A stretch of DNA of 64,000 bases from an uncultured Thermoprotei archaeon (GTDB lineage: Archaea > Thermoproteota > Thermoprotei > Thermofilales > B15-G2). The stretch lies in assembly GCA_965367815.1 (NCBI GenBank), contig CBDUKN010000008.1, forward strand, positions 1-64,000, read 5' to 3'. Both the position numbers and the translations under genes were made by a program. The notes beneath the pieces are model-generated. The model searched no databases. It had not been told where the DNA came from and worked only from the letters and a program-made list of their open reading frames with translations. This document shows, piece by piece, positions 50,116 to 61,788 of this stretch (its first letter is position 1; every line of letters starts with the position of its first letter).

Positions 50116-52320
50116 TTAAGGCTTAATGAAGTCTTCGGGTTTTGGTATTTCTTTTGGAAGTCCCTTACGCTCTCTTATCTTCAGAATAAGGTCTGCTAGC
50201 ATTGATTCAGGTACTGGAGCCCACTTGTAGAACTGTGTAGACCAGAAAGCTCTTCCTGCTGTAGCGCTTCTAAGCTCATCTGCTAAATCAAATGTTTCTG
50301 ATACTGGAATTTCTCCTTTTACATGCATCAACATACCGCTTTTTTCTAAGCTCACTATTTTTCCTCGCTTGCGTGTAATTACGTTGAGTACTCCGCCTAA
50401 GTAGTTTTCAGGTACTTTTACTTCAATCTTGTAAATTGGCTCTAGTAGCGTTGGTTTAGCTGAAAGGAAGCCTGCAAATATTGCGTTCTTAGTAGCTGGC
50501 ATTATCTGGGCAGGTCCTCTGTGTGCCGGATCTTCGTGTATTATAGCGTCATGAAGAATTACTTTTATTCCACGGACTGGTTCGTGGCATAGAGGCCCTT
50601 CAGCTAGAGCCCATCTAAAGCCCATTATTATAGTGTCTCTAACTTCTCTTAGGTGCTGGACACCTTTTGTTAAGTCGACTAAAATGTTTAGATTATCGTC
50701 TATAGCCCATATTCCTCTAGCTTCGTCTGCGTCCCAACCTGCTTGTTCTCTTAGTATTTTAGCTCTTGTTCTCCAATCCTGGTCATCGTATACAATACCT
50801 TTCTGTAACAGCTCTAGTGTTTCTTCATTTAATGGCTCTACGCTTATATATAGTTTGTTGTGCTTGTTAGGTGACTTGCCCTCAAACGGTCCTGCTACTT
50901 TACGTATTGTCTCTCTGTATCTGATTACAGGCGGCGATGTAACCACTTCTATTCCTGACCTCTGTTTCAAGTCCCATAGTGCGATTTCTAGGTGAAGTGT
51001 ACCCATTCCGCTTAGTAGATACTCTCCGGTCTCCTCGTTAATGTAAACGTGCAATGTCGGGTCTTCAATAGCCATCTTTCTGAGTATTTCTACAAGTTTA
51101 GGTAAGTCGCTGCTGTTCTTAGGTTCTATAGCTATTGTAACTACGGGCTCGCTTATGTATCTGAGTCTTTCGAACGGCGCTGCCACGTCCTTATATTTAA
51201 CATCAACTATTGTCTCTCCTGCTCTCGCTTTTTCTAGACCTAAGAGAGCTGCAATATTACCAGCAGTGATTTCATTTGCCACTTCTCTGACAGGACCCAT
51301 GTAGAGACCTACTTGAAGTATTCTCTCTGTGGTCTTAGCTCCTATAAGGTATACTTCTTCGCCTGTATAAACGGTTCCTGAGAATACTCTACCTGTAGTA
51401 ACTAATCCAGCATGAGGATCTGCTACTACTTTAGTTGCACATATAACTGTTGGTCCATCGGGATCACACTCTAACATAGCTTTACCTATTTCCGAGTTAA
51501 GGTCTCCTTTCCATAGCTTGGGTATTCTGTATTTCTGAGCTTCTGCAGGGTTAGGTATATGCTCGATAACCATGTCGAGCACGGCTACGTATAACGGAGC
51601 CTCCTTAGCTAGTTCTTCGTAATATCCTCTCGTGTATGCGTCAATTATATTTGAGAACTTGAATCCGAGTTTCTTTGCTAAAGGTATGGTCAAACCCCAT
51701 TTATGAAGCGCCGCACCAAAAGCTACCTGTCCTTTAGCTGGGTCGACTTTCCACTTATCTCTGTACTCGGGTTCTGCATATAGGTCTATTAACATGTTGA
51801 ACTCTTTTATAATCTGGACGAAGCGTTGCTGAATCTCGCTTGCAGATAATTTAAGTTCTCTTATGAGCCTGTCGACCTTGTTTATGAAAAGAAGTGGTCT
51901 AACTCTTTCTTCGAGAGCCTGTCTTACTACAGTTTCAGTCTGGGTCATTACTCCTTCTACAGCGTCGACAACTACTATTGCTCCGTCCATTGCTCTCAGA
52001 GATCTAGTTACGTGGCCTGTGAAGTCGACGTGGCCTGGTGTATCTATTAGGTTTATTACGTATCCTTTGCCTTCCCATTCATGGTATAGGCTTACGTTAG
52101 CTGCCTTTACAGTCATTTGTCTTAACTGCTCTATTTCTACGTAGTCTAAGGCGAGAGCTTTTCCTGCAACTTTAGGTGAGATAAGGCCTGCTCCCATTAG
52201 CAAGCTGTCTGAGAGAGTTGTTTTTCCGTGGTCTACGTGGGCTAAGGTACCTATATTTCGTACTCTTTCAACGTCTCTCATTAACTTTAATACTTCCTCG
52301 GTCTGTTTGTATTTAGGCAT
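50116..52320 (-). CDS. fusA: Translation elongation factor EF-2
   Basis: [25 protein letters not shown] diphthamide loop. Confidence 0.98.
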   Translation of the reverse strand: MPKYKQTEEVLKLMRDVERVRNIGTLAHVDHGKTTLSDSLLMGAGLISPKVAGKALALDYVEIEQLRQMTVKAANVSLYHEWEGKGYVINLIDTPGHVDFTGHVTRSLRAMDGAIVVVDAVEGVMTQTETVVRQALEERVRPLLFINKVDRLIRELKLSASEIQQRFVQIIKEFNMLIDLYAEPEYRDKWKVDPAKGQVAFGAALHKWGLTIPLAKKLGFKFSNIIDAYTRGYYEELAKEAPLYVAVLDMVIEHIPNPAEAQKYRIPKLWKGDLNSEIGKAMLECDPDGPTVICATKVVADPHAGLVTTGRVFSGTVYTGEEVYLIGAKTTERILQVGLYMGPVREVANEITAGNIAALLGLEKARAGETIVDVKYKDVAAPFERLRYISEPVVTIAIEPKNSSDLPKLVEILRKMAIEDPTLHVYINEETGEYLLSGMGTLHLEIALWDLKQRSGIEVVTSPPVIRYRETIRKVAGPFEGKSPNKHNKLYISVEPLNEETLELLQKGIVYDDQDWRTRAKILREQAGWDADEARGIWAIDDNLNILVDLTKGVQHLREVRDTIIMGFRWALAEGPLCHEPVRGIKVILHDAIIHEDPAHRGPAQIMPATKNAIFAGFLSAKPTLLEPIYKIEVKVPENYLGGVLNVITRKRGKIVSLEKSGMLMHVKGEIPVSETFDLADELRSATAGRAFWSTQFYKWAPVPESMLADLILKIRERKGLPKEIPKPEDFIKP

Positions 52321-52441
52321 ACAATCACCTTTACATTACTCCTTTGGTATCGCAATATAAATCTGTCTCCTAAATAAATTTACTCTCCAATAGAGGAATT
52401 TAATTATAGAAGAAGACGTACAATTAATTTCTAAAAACGGC

Positions 52442-52867
52442 TTAGACTATCATTGTAGCCATTGAAGCTATTCTAGGCCAACGGTCTGCCGCTTCTTTTG
52501 CTACAGGTCCTCTTATTTCGCTTCCTTTAGGATCACCTTCGGGAGACACTATCACTATGGCGTTGTCTTCAAACGCTATCCATGTACCGTCAGGTCTTCT
52601 GTAAGGTCTTTTCTGTCTTATTACTATACCCCTCATTATTTGCTTTCTGAGCTCAGGTCTACCCTCCCTAATAGACACTATAACCATGTCTCCTACTGCT
52701 GCTCCAGGTATTCTTCTCCAGACTGTTTTTGCTCTAATTACACCTATTATTTTTGCCAGCTGTGCTCCTGAATTATCGCTAACTTTTACTAAAGACCCTA
52801 CGAATATTCCCGGGGTGATATGTAGCCTATACGATACTCCAGAGACTTTAGCTCCTCTCTTTGCCAT
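52442..52867 (-). CDS. rpl14: 50S ribosomal protein L14
   Basis: DNSGA, FEDNA, GPVAKE. Confidence 0.97.
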   Translation of the reverse strand: MAKRGAKVSGVSYRLHITPGIFVGSLVKVSDNSGAQLAKIIGVIRAKTVWRRIPGAAVGDMVIVSIREGRPELRKQIMRGIVIRQKRPYRRPDGTWIAFEDNAIVIVSPEGDPKGSEIRGPVAKEAADRWPRIASMATMIV

Positions 52868-52934
52868 TAGCTCTCCCTCTTCTCAAAATGAAGAACTCCT
52901 CTTAAAATCTTTCGCCTGTATATCCTCACTACCG

Positions 52935-53267
52935 TCAGCTCTTCTTTTTGCCTAAAACTACAAACGAAACTGTTTTCGCTATAGGTCTGCATTCTCCAAT
53001 AACTACTTTATCTCCAACCTCTACTTCAACGCAAGGCGGTAAATGAGCATGTATTTTTCTTCTTCTGCGCTCGTATCTCTTGTATTTTGGAATATATACA
53101 AGGTACTCGTGAAGAATTACAGCAGTTTTATTCATCTTTTTCTTAATTAAAGTTCCCTCTAACAGAATTCCTCTAACAGATAGTGTACCGTGAAATGGGC
53201 AGTTTTTATCATTGCATGTTTTTTCAGGCTCCTCTATCCAACTTATACCTACACTTCTTTTAGCCAT
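52935..53267 (-). CDS. rps17: 30S ribosomal protein S17
   Basis: CPFHG...GECRPIAKTVSF. Confidence 0.97.
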   Translation of the reverse strand: MAKRSVGISWIEEPEKTCNDKNCPFHGTLSVRGILLEGTLIKKKMNKTAVILHEYLVYIPKYKRYERRRRKIHAHLPPCVEVEVGDKVVIGECRPIAKTVSFVVLGKKKS

Positions 53268-53494
53268 TACTTACCACCCCTTTCTCTCTTCAATTCTTCC
53301 TCCCTCTCTATTGTAAGGACCCTAGCTATATTTTTTCTCAAGATTCTTATTCTAGCCGGATTATCTAGCACTCCTCTGCTTTCCTGCATAGCTCTTAGCC
53401 TCATTAACTCAGTTTTAAGCTCTATTAGTAGCTTACGTCGTTCTTCAGGAGTCATTTTTCTTATATCATCAGGCTTTAGCGCCATATATCTCAC
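53267..53494 (-). CDS. rpl29: 50S ribosomal protein L29
   Basis: NPARIR..RKNIARVLT. Confidence 0.95.
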   Translation of the reverse strand: MRYMALKPDDIRKMTPEERRKLLIELKTELMRLRAMQESRGVLDNPARIRILRKNIARVLTIEREEELKRERGGK

Positions 53495-54126
53495 CTAGCT
53501 GCTACTTGTTCAGGAGTCTTTATTTTAATATCTTCTGGAGTCTCTACAGGAGGCATTATCCTTACTTCAATTCCATACATTCCGGGTTTTAAAAGGACTT
53601 CTACTATAGCTTCATCTACGTAAACATCTTTTAACTGTCCGACTTTATATATCACTCCAGCAGTATACTTCTCGTATCTGGCTCTTTCAGATGTAAGCTT
53701 ACCGCTAATAACTATTTCTGCTCCTCTAGCCCCAGCCTCCATAATTCTTCTTAAGGCGATAAATGCGGCTCGCCTAAACTTTACTCCTCGCGCTAATGCA
53801 TTAGCTATGTGATATGCCACTATTTTTGCATTGAGATAGGGGTTCGGTATTTCCATGACCTCTATTTGAGGATTATCTAGTCCGAATTTTGTTTGAAGTA
53901 TTCTAGCCAGTTGCTTAATGTTTGCTCCGCGTCTACCAATTACCATAAATGGTCTCTCTGCATAAATTATAACTCTTGTACCCAAGGGTGTACGCATTAA
54001 GTCTACTTTAACATATCCAGCTCTACAGAGAACTCTTCTCAAATACTCGTTAATTTCCATTCTGCGTAAACCGCGTATAATAAATCTCTTCTCGACATCA
54101 ACCTTTTTCTCCAAACCAAAGCTCAT
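53491..54126 (-). CDS. rps3: 30S ribosomal protein S3
   Basis: VIGRRG KH motif, GAEIVISGKL. Confidence 0.97.
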   Translation of the reverse strand: MSFGLEKKVDVEKRFIIRGLRRMEINEYLRRVLCRAGYVKVDLMRTPLGTRVIIYAERPFMVIGRRGANIKQLARILQTKFGLDNPQIEVMEIPNPYLNAKIVAYHIANALARGVKFRRAAFIALRRIMEAGARGAEIVISGKLTSERARYEKYTAGVIYKVGQLKDVYVDEAIVEVLLKPGMYGIEVRIMPPVETPEDIKIKTPEQVAAR

Positions 54127-54131
54127 ACTAC

Positions 54132-54593
54132 CTACCTCTCTTCAAGAGCTATTTCTACATGAACTAACTGCTGGAAATAGGGTGTTGCTCTACCAAACGC
54201 TCTCGGAATATATTTTCTAATTTTAATACTTTTGTGAGCAGCTGCATGAACTACGTAGAGATTCGATGTGTCTAGACCTTTATAGGCAGCATTTGCTTCA
54301 GCATTCTTAAGTACTTCGAGTATCGCTTTAGCTGCCTTAACGGGCCATCGAACAGCAGGCCATTTATCTACAGCTTTATGATGCGGCACCTTCTTTTTGT
54401 ATGTTCTGAACGGTATTGCTTGCTTCATTTTAATTACGTCTACAAGTATCTTCTTAGCTTCCTCCAATTTTCGGTTTCTTATGAAATGACATATTTCTAC
54501 TGCGTGCTTATATGATATTCTTAAGTCTCTACCAGCTGCGATTGCAGTTCTCACGGGATCCAAGTCCTGTCGTGAAAAGTGCCATCTCGTCAT
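54132..54593 (-). CDS. rpl22: 50S ribosomal protein L22
   Basis: RWPVKAA, PRAFGRA. Confidence 0.97.
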   Translation of the reverse strand: MTRWHFSRQDLDPVRTAIAAGRDLRISYKHAVEICHFIRNRKLEEAKKILVDVIKMKQAIPFRTYKKKVPHHKAVDKWPAVRWPVKAAKAILEVLKNAEANAAYKGLDTSNLYVVHAAAHKSIKIRKYIPRAFGRATPYFQQLVHVEIALEER

Positions 54594-54669
54594 AATATAC
54601 GGGAGAAAAAAATAATGGTAAATTTAAATTTTTCTATCTCTAGTTAGCTAATACCGGGAGGGGACCCTA

Positions 54670-55530
54670 ATGTCTCTTAAAGCATATGTTAAGTTAACCC
54701 GTCTGGACCACGGCGTACTAAGCGTTATTGGGGTTCTCGCAGGACTCCTAACAAATTGTTCAAGCAATGTATCGGTACTAAAGATCACTATCGCAGTAGT
54801 AGTTCCTCTCTTCATTGAAATGGGGCTTTTTGCGTTAAATGACTATTTTAACATCGAAGAAGACAAAATAAATGCACCCGACAGGCCTCTTGTTCGAGGA
54901 GATATCTCGCCAAAAGCTGCACTTACTCTAGGAATAGCTGCTTTGCTTATAGGCTACACAGCAGCTCTATTAGCTATATTAGAAGGCAGAATGCTTTCTA
55001 TAGTTTTGATAACATTGATCATCATAATAGGAGTACTGTACGACGCAAGAATAAAGACTCTAGGGCTTATCGGCAACCTGATAGTATCATTCTCTACAGC
55101 GTCCACGTTTATTTATGGAGCATTATTAGCCAAAAGTATTGTGGACATAAATATGGCTACTTGGATAATCTTCATTACGGCATTCCTATCGTGCCTTGGA
55201 AGAGAGATACTTAAAGGCGTTAGAGACTACTTGGGAGACAAAAAAGCTGGAGTATTAACTCTTGCAGTAAAGTATGGCACTCAACGAGCAGTGGCAATAT
55301 CGAGTATTTTGATAGTATCCGCAATAGTAGCCGCGTTATCAAATATCATTTATGTGAAAAAACCAGCAGTTTATACAGTTTTATTAATTCCTGCAGTAAT
55401 GCTTTTCGCTGTAGCAATAGCGATATCCTTCAAAAATCCAGATGATGTCAAGCTCGCAGAAAAAGCCAGAAAATATACACTATATGCTATGGGTTTAGGG
55501 CTAATAGCCTTTTTAGCAGGAATGATCTAA
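54670..55530 (+). CDS. UbiA prenyltransferase, probably DGGGP synthase
   Basis: NDYFN.EEDKINAPDRPL, REILKG.RD..GD. Confidence 0.85.
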   Translation: MSLKAYVKLTRLDHGVLSVIGVLAGLLTNCSSNVSVLKITIAVVVPLFIEMGLFALNDYFNIEEDKINAPDRPLVRGDISPKAALTLGIAALLIGYTAALLAILEGRMLSIVLITLIIIIGVLYDARIKTLGLIGNLIVSFSTASTFIYGALLAKSIVDINMATWIIFITAFLSCLGREILKGVRDYLGDKKAGVLTLAVKYGTQRAVAISSILIVSAIVAALSNIIYVKKPAVYTVLLIPAVMLFAVAIAISFKNPDDVKLAEKARKYTLYAMGLGLIAFLAGMI

Positions 55531-55568
55531 ATTAATTTGGGTAAATATCTTAGAAAGTATAGAGAACT

Positions 55569-55976
55569 TCACTTAAGTGGAACATACATGCTTGACCTTG
55601 TTGCTTTAAGTCCAGGCTCTCCGTGTTCTACTTTCTTTGTTGTTAAAGCGAATTCTCCAAGGTAATGGCCGATCATCTCAGGCGTTATTGTGACAGGGAC
55701 AAATTCTTTTCCATTATACACTCCTATAGTGACACCTACCATTTCCGGCAATATGATCATATCCCTTTCGTGTGTTTTTATGAATACTTTCTTCCCTTCT
55801 TTCATTAGCTTCTTTGCCTTTCTTATTTTTTCGAGCAATCTTCGCTTTTCGTAAGACAACCCTCGCAGTAAGCTTCTGCGCTGCCTTGCTGGGAGCAGTT
55901 TAATGAATTCATCCATTGGCATTTTTAATAGTTCTTCGAAGGTATATCCCCTGTATCTAAATTCCTTATAGCTCAT
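55569..55976 (-). CDS. rps19: 30S ribosomal protein S19
   Basis: [20 protein letters not shown]. Confidence 0.97.
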   Translation of the reverse strand: MSYKEFRYRGYTFEELLKMPMDEFIKLLPARQRRSLLRGLSYEKRRLLEKIRKAKKLMKEGKKVFIKTHERDMIILPEMVGVTIGVYNGKEFVPVTITPEMIGHYLGEFALTTKKVEHGEPGLKATRSSMYVPLK

Positions 55977-56049
55977 AGTCTTTCTCCCTATTACACTCTA
56001 TGTTATAAATCTTACTCATTTTAACCAAGCGATACTACGTAACAGCATG

Positions 56050-56772
56050 CTAGCCTTTTCTTCTGCCTGTTCTTCTTGGTGCTATGTGACCCACTTTCTG
56101 ACCTGGAGGCGCTGTACGCGGTACAGGTGTACCTCCTTTGGGGTGTGCTCCTCCGCCGTGTGGATGCGCGTAAGCACCCATGGCTTTTCCTCTAACTGTT
56201 GGATACTTCCATGCCTTAGATCTAGATAAGTGGTACTTTTTGCCAGCCTTGAGGAATGGTTTTTCTACGCGTCCTCCTCCGGCGACCACACCTATTGTGG
56301 CTCTGCACCTAATGTTTATTTCCTTAGTTTTTCCCGAAGGTAACTGTACAAGTGCTTTACTTCCGCTTTTTGCGAGAAGAATAGCATATGTTCCGCTAGA
56401 CCTAGCTATTTTTCCTCCGTCTCCAGGCTTAAGCTCTACGTTACATATCTTAGTACCTTCAGGTATTGAATACAGAGGAAGTATGTTTCCATTTCTAGGC
56501 GCGGCGTTCTCACCATACTCGATTATTTGACCTACATAGAGGCCTTCAACAGCTACAGTAAGCATTTCTGTTTTATCTTCGAAAACTATTTTTACCAATG
56601 GTGCCCCTCTGCCGGGGTCATGAAGTAGCTCAACTACCTTACCTTTAAGCCCTCTTTTTATCTCCTCTTCATTAAATACCCTATATTTGGCTGGTCCTAC
56701 TTTCTTCCATCTAGGAGACCTAAATACAGACCCTCCGCGCCCTCTCCTTTGTACTATTAGTCGTTTACCCAT
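56050..56772 (-). CDS. rpl2: 50S ribosomal protein L2
   Basis: HDPGRGAP, HPHGGG. Confidence 0.98.
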   Translation of the reverse strand: MGKRLIVQRRGRGGSVFRSPRWKKVGPAKYRVFNEEEIKRGLKGKVVELLHDPGRGAPLVKIVFEDKTEMLTVAVEGLYVGQIIEYGENAAPRNGNILPLYSIPEGTKICNVELKPGDGGKIARSSGTYAILLAKSGSKALVQLPSGKTKEINIRCRATIGVVAGGGRVEKPFLKAGKKYHLSRSKAWKYPTVRGKAMGAYAHPHGGGAHPKGGTPVPRTAPPGQKVGHIAPRRTGRRKG

Positions 56773-56783
56773 TTTTCACCACC

Positions 56784-57074
56784 TTACAGTAATCCTAATC
56801 TAGATGCTACTTCCTCAGCCTTATACTCAGGAGCTAGCTTTACATAAGCTTTTTTCTCGCCTTCAGGCGTTATAAGTGTATTGACTTTAACTACCTTTAC
56901 TCCAAATAGCTTCTCTACTGTCTCTCTTATTTGATGCTTAGTAGCTTTGCGATGAACAATAAATACTAAAGTATTCTCTTTTTCAATTTTAGTCAAAGCT
57001 TTTTCAGTCATTAGCGGCCTTATAATTATAGAGTAATAATCAATACCCATAATTATCCCCCTACATAGTTTCAA
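56784..57074 (-). CDS. rpl23: 50S ribosomal protein L23
   Basis: TEKA, KVNTLIT, KKAYVKL. Confidence 0.97.
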   Translation of the reverse strand: MKLCRGIIMGIDYYSIIIRPLMTEKALTKIEKENTLVFIVHRKATKHQIRETVEKLFGVKVVKVNTLITPEGEKKAYVKLAPEYKAEEVASRLGLL

Positions 57075-57858
57075 ACACTAGCTGCATAATTCTGTCTTCA
57101 TATTTCTTCTCGAGAATTTTAAGAGCAGATTTTGTCCATAATGTAAGTCTACCGGGATGCCCGCCGGGAGCAAGATGCATTGTGCTTAGCTGGTCTACTG
57201 TGACTACGTCTACACCTGGAAGATTTCTCGCAGCTTTAATTATAGGTGCTGGAGACGGTATTACTATGAGCACGCTTTTCGGCTTCTTATAACGCCGCCC
57301 TCTCATTTTACCTTTACCTGCTCTTACTTTTCGGCCTTTTTTAGCTCTTTCAACATCTTCCCACAAGCCTAGCTTCATGAAAAGTTCTCTGACTTCTCTT
57401 GTTTTCTCTAATTTAAGTATGTCGTCTACAACTATAAGTGGAATATGAGGCACTTTATCTACTACATGGCCTCTTTTTGCAACAATATCCTTATTTGCTG
57501 TAGCTGCAATAGCTGAGAGTATAGCCAGTTGTCTTTCCTTTTTGTTTACTTCTTCATGAATTACTTTTTCAACTACTGGTGGGTGAGCTCTTCTTCCTTT
57601 AACGGTCATTGGTGCAAATGCTGCTCTCGAAGACCCCTTAATTCTCGGTACACGAGCTACTCCGTAGCCTACTCCCCAGCTTTCTGCTGTTGTTCTTTTA
57701 CCTGCCATAGGGTCTCTTCCCTGCGGCTGTACTCTAGCAGTAAAAGCTGACAAAAAGTCTCTTCTTATGACATCTATTCTCAGTGGAATATCGAAGATCT
57801 TAGGTCTTTCTATTTCCTCTACAACTTTTCCTTCAAGGTCATATACTGGGATCTTCAC
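57061..57858 (-). CDS. rpl4: 50S ribosomal protein L4
   Basis: [24 protein letters not shown]. Confidence 0.97.
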   Translation of the reverse strand: MKIPVYDLEGKVVEEIERPKIFDIPLRIDVIRRDFLSAFTARVQPQGRDPMAGKRTTAESWGVGYGVARVPRIKGSSRAAFAPMTVKGRRAHPPVVEKVIHEEVNKKERQLAILSAIAATANKDIVAKRGHVVDKVPHIPLIVVDDILKLEKTREVRELFMKLGLWEDVERAKKGRKVRAGKGKMRGRRYKKPKSVLIVIPSPAPIIKAARNLPGVDVVTVDQLSTMHLAPGGHPGRLTLWTKSALKILEKKYEDRIMQLVFETM

Positions 57859-58943
57859 TTAACCTCACCTTTTATAACAGCATTATGAACATACACTATT
57901 TTAGGTGCCTCCTTTACCGGAGGCGGAACTACAGGTCTTATTGGGTATCTAAGCTTTATTAGTCTCTTTACAGGTCCTGGTACAGATCCTTCCATTAATA
58001 TGAAATCGTTTCGTATAACACCATAGTGTTTAAGACCTCCTTTTGGCACAACATTGAACTCCTCTATTTTCTCTTTGGGAACGATCTTAAGTATGCGTTT
58101 GTTATACTCTGTTCTCTGGTGGAAGCCCATTTGTCCGGCTCTCGGTATCATGAACATTACTCCTGGTTTTTGAGGACCTATGCTTCCTGTACGTCTGTGT
58201 CCCTTTCTATGTTTGTGCCACCGCGGCAGTATTTTTACTCCAAATCGCTTGACTACACCTTGTGTACCTTTACCTTTCGTTATGGCTATAACATCTACAA
58301 GCTGTCCCTCCTTGAAAACTTCGGTTACTCTGAGCTCTTTTCCGAGTTTTGAGAGAGCGTATTCTAATGCTTTCTGCGGATCCCCTCCTATGGCTATTTC
58401 AAAAACTTCAGGCTTCTTTTTCCCTATAGTAGTTAACCTTGGCTGAGTACACACAACTAGCCGGACGCTGCTTATTTTTTCTTTAACACTCCCTATTTTC
58501 TTGAGCTGTTTTTCGAAACGCTCTTCTGCTTTCTTTTTCTGTTCGCCATCTTCGCTAGTTTTCTTATCTTTAAGAGAATAGAATACAGCTGCTTTTGTTA
58601 CGGTAAATTTGCGCTTAATGTCCTCTGGAAGCTCTTTTGCCCAGACCTCTCCCAGACACTTGTATCCGTAGGGAGTCTTCTCATAAACTCTTATAGCACA
58701 AACTATGAGCGGAGGGCATTCGATTATAGTAGCGGCTTTAGCCACTTCTTTTCCATAGAAAGGATGATTAGGGTTGTTCTCGATGTATATTAAGTGGGTC
58801 ATGCCTGCCTTATATCCTGCAAATGCGAGAGGTACTGTTTGATCTACTTTAGGCCAGCGTCTGATTCTGGCAACTATACTTTTGGCCCTTACTCTTGGAT
58901 AAACTCCCATTGATCCTCTGCGAGGCCTATGATCTTTAACCAT
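57855..58943 (-). CDS. rpl3: 50S ribosomal protein L3
   Basis: [25 protein letters not shown]. Confidence 0.98.
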   Translation of the reverse strand: MVKDHRPRRGSMGVYPRVRAKSIVARIRRWPKVDQTVPLAFAGYKAGMTHLIYIENNPNHPFYGKEVAKAATIIECPPLIVCAIRVYEKTPYGYKCLGEVWAKELPEDIKRKFTVTKAAVFYSLKDKKTSEDGEQKKKAEERFEKQLKKIGSVKEKISSVRLVVCTQPRLTTIGKKKPEVFEIAIGGDPQKALEYALSKLGKELRVTEVFKEGQLVDVIAITKGKGTQGVVKRFGVKILPRWHKHRKGHRRTGSIGPQKPGVMFMIPRAGQMGFHQRTEYNKRILKIVPKEKIEEFNVVPKGGLKHYGVIRNDFILMEGSVPGPVKRLIKLRYPIRPVVPPPVKEAPKIVYVHNAVIKGEVK

Positions 58944-59000
58944 TTTGATCCCCCAGAGCTGAAGTGAGAGTAGGAAAGGACGGTAATAAATATTTTGCCT

Positions 59001-59840
59001 TTAAATAGCGTTGAGTATCGATAATACTATCAACACAGCCTCTTCAGTTCTCACAGTTTTTGTACCTTGGTAAGGTACAAAATTTACAATTAAATCACAA
59101 ACACTTTCTGGATCTACTCCCTCTTCCTTTAGTATCTCACATATACCTTTATGAGGCCCGCCAAAAATAATTAGAACTTTTCTGGTGCGGCTAAACAGTT
59201 TTGTTTTTAGGTCTTCTTCCACCTCTCCTATCATAACTCCGTAGCGAGAAGTCCCTAAAACAAAGTCAGCATTGCTTATCTTAATTGCATTAAGTAGAGA
59301 CTCCGCCTTAATTACATCATAACCCCAATAGACAGGAACTTCCTCTTTTGAAAGTATACGACAACAGTCAACGTCTACGGTAACTCTTGAAAAAAGAGGC
59401 CTAGCAGGGCTACAAGTAATCGGCTTATCTAAACCAATGTAGACAGTAGACTTATTTTTCACAGGATCGTTTTCGATAACTACACCTTCTCTATACTCGT
59501 GTCCTTTAACAATAATTCTTTCAGACTTTAACGGGTGATGAGGAGTGCGGAGAGGTGGCAATACTCCTGCATACTTCAACTGCTTTATTCTAGGAAATAA
59601 ATACTTTCTTAAATATTGGGGACATTCCATATACTTTAGTATACTGTAAATAATTTCTTGGTAATAGCTGGCTTTTTCACCTTCTTTATAAACATAAATT
59701 TCATCTACCCTAAAAATGGCAGCTGCTCTCCCTACTATTCCTACTTTAGTTGTTTGTTCTCTTAGATCTCTGCATTCACTAATTAAAGAAGATGGAATAG
59801 CAATTGCCCACTCGACTTTACGTTTAGGAGGATGCTGCAT
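59001..59840 (-). CDS. SPOUT RNA methyltransferase (DUF171 family)
   Basis: RAAAIFRVDEI, ECPQYLRK, QGTKTVRTEEA. Confidence 0.92.
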   Translation of the reverse strand: MQHPPKRKVEWAIAIPSSLISECRDLREQTTKVGIVGRAAAIFRVDEIYVYKEGEKASYYQEIIYSILKYMECPQYLRKYLFPRIKQLKYAGVLPPLRTPHHPLKSERIIVKGHEYREGVVIENDPVKNKSTVYIGLDKPITCSPARPLFSRVTVDVDCCRILSKEEVPVYWGYDVIKAESLLNAIKISNADFVLGTSRYGVMIGEVEEDLKTKLFSRTRKVLIIFGGPHKGICEILKEEGVDPESVCDLIVNFVPYQGTKTVRTEEAVLIVLSILNAI

Positions 59841-59860
59841 TGCTAGTTATTTTATACTAT

Positions 59861-59980
59861 TTATTTCTTTTTCTTCTTTTTCTTTTCTTTTTCTTTACTC
59901 TTCCCCTTCTTTCTTGACTCCTCTTTACCCTCCGATTTTTCTACATCAAAGAATATTGATGTCCTCTGTCTTCCGCCCAT
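59861..59980 (-). CDS. Candidate 39-aa Lys-rich microprotein; not in the ORF track
   Basis: MGGRQRTSIFFDVEKSEGKEESRKKGKSKEKEKKKKKKK*, co-oriented and filling the gap between neighbouring genes. Confidence 0.45.
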   Translation of the reverse strand: MGGRQRTSIFFDVEKSEGKEESRKKGKSKEKEKKKKKKK

Positions 59981-60020
59981 ATTCTCGTTTCTTAGTTAAT
60001 CTAGTCCTTAATTAACTTTC

Positions 60021-60245
60021 TTATTCCTTTATCCTCCAGTAAGCTACTTTTCCACGCTTAATTTCCTCAATTAACCCTTCTTTTTCGAGTATTCTTAATA
60101 CATAGAATACTTGTGAATGGGTTAAGCCTGATCTTTTAACTATTTCCGATGTTGGTAATTCTTTTTCGCTTTTAATTAGCTCGTAAATCGTTTTTTTCCT
60201 TTCTTTTACTGCTTCTGTAGTTCTGCGAGGCATGTTGTATATCAC
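60021..60245 (-). CDS. Small winged-helix DNA-binding protein
   Basis: LPTSEIVKRSGLTHSQVFYVLRILEKEGLI + wing. Confidence 0.8.
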   Translation of the reverse strand: MIYNMPRRTTEAVKERKKTIYELIKSEKELPTSEIVKRSGLTHSQVFYVLRILEKEGLIEEIKRGKVAYWRIKE

Positions 60246-60335
60246 GCGGAGACATAATTTATATTTTATGTTTTCACTTACGCTATATTTTCAGTATTAG
60301 CTAGAGAATTTTAGAAAAGGATTCTTTAAAATATT

Positions 60336-61778
60336 TTAGCTTTTGACTAGTCTTCTGAGTAATGGATATGCCTCTAGAGCTCTTTCTTGAGCTATCATTG
60401 CCTGATACTGGACTAATATGCCTGCTAAAAGCAGTATACCTATGCCAGAACCTATAACGCCTAGAATGTCGCCTATAACGCTTATTATGGCTACTATGAT
60501 CGAACTGAGTACTGTTAGTATAGGTATGTATTTTCGCAGTAGATATGCTATTATTTTAGGTGAATGCCTAAATCCGGGTATCTGCATTCCAGCGCTAACT
60601 AATTGCTCTGCCTGAGACTTGGGATCCATTCCAGTAAGTTCTACCCACAGTATTCCGAAGAGAATACAGAGCCCTATTGTTATTAGTGAATACAGCAGTA
60701 CGTGAATAGGGTCTTCTAACACTGAAGTTAATCCACGTGGCGGAGTTATGTAATATATTAGGCAGCCGGGTAGAGGAACTAGTCTTCCTTCTTTAACTTC
60801 AAATTTAGCTATTAAGTTAAGCCATGTATTGCTATTGTCCCTATTGAATCGAGACCATAGTACTTGTGAAAACATATAGATATCGGTGTACAGTATGCTA
60901 GCAAAGATTAATGGGATTATTGACACATAAAGGAATTTAAGCGGTATTTTAGCTTTAAGGCCCCTGTATTTTGAGAGAGAAACTCCTACTTCGACCTGCA
61001 TGCTTTCCATGTAAATTACTAGTATGAAGAAAACTATCATCGTAGCGAAGCCGACTATGTCTGGCAGCCCTTTTCTTACTAATACAGTCGAGACAACAGA
61101 CCAATTTCCTGTATTTGTAGCATTTAATATGGCAACTGTTAACGCTGGAATTACTCCTAGAGGCAATCCGTCAGCAAAGGGACCTATGGGCGAGAATATT
61201 TGCCAGAATATTTGCTGAGCAATTCCGGCTGCAATGAATAAGTTTACTCCGCTTCCTATACCCCATCCTTTCTGTATCATCTCGTCCATCAGAATAACTG
61301 CAAGGGATGCCATCATTAGTTGGGCAAATATGAGCGCAGCTGATGTAATTGCTAGCACTCCGTAAGCTCCTCCTAGAATGAAAGCTAAAGCCTCTACTGC
61401 GGCAAAGACTATTGCTAAAAGTTTCTGCGCCCCGCTAAAGAACGCTCTATCCTCGGGTTTGCTAAGATCTAGTTCCAGAATCTTGCTTCCAACTAGAAGT
61501 TCCAATATAATACCGCTTGTAACTATAGGTCCTATGCCGAGTTCTGCTAGTGTTCCTTTTCTAGAAGCTAGTATTATTCTGAAAAAGAATAATTCCTCGT
61601 AGCCTCTAGTTCCATAAGGTATTCCGTACAGAGGTACTTCACACATTATTAAGTACACTATCACTACTATGGCTGTCCAGAATAGCTTCTCTCTAAGCGT
61701 AACAGGTCTTCGTGGCCTTGGAACTTCAGGCAGAATACTGAATGCTGACCTAATAACGTCTTTTACAGATACAGACAT
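60336..61778 (-). CDS. secY: Preprotein translocase SecY
   Basis: LPEV, ELGIGPIVT, KGWGIGSG, IPGFR. Confidence 0.98.
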   Translation of the reverse strand: MSVSVKDVIRSAFSILPEVPRPRRPVTLREKLFWTAIVVIVYLIMCEVPLYGIPYGTRGYEELFFFRIILASRKGTLAELGIGPIVTSGIILELLVGSKILELDLSKPEDRAFFSGAQKLLAIVFAAVEALAFILGGAYGVLAITSAALIFAQLMMASLAVILMDEMIQKGWGIGSGVNLFIAAGIAQQIFWQIFSPIGPFADGLPLGVIPALTVAILNATNTGNWSVVSTVLVRKGLPDIVGFATMIVFFILVIYMESMQVEVGVSLSKYRGLKAKIPLKFLYVSIIPLIFASILYTDIYMFSQVLWSRFNRDNSNTWLNLIAKFEVKEGRLVPLPGCLIYYITPPRGLTSVLEDPIHVLLYSLITIGLCILFGILWVELTGMDPKSQAEQLVSAGMQIPGFRHSPKIIAYLLRKYIPILTVLSSIIVAIISVIGDILGVIGSGIGILLLAGILVQYQAMIAQERALEAYPLLRRLVKS

Positions 61779-61788
61779 GATATCACCT

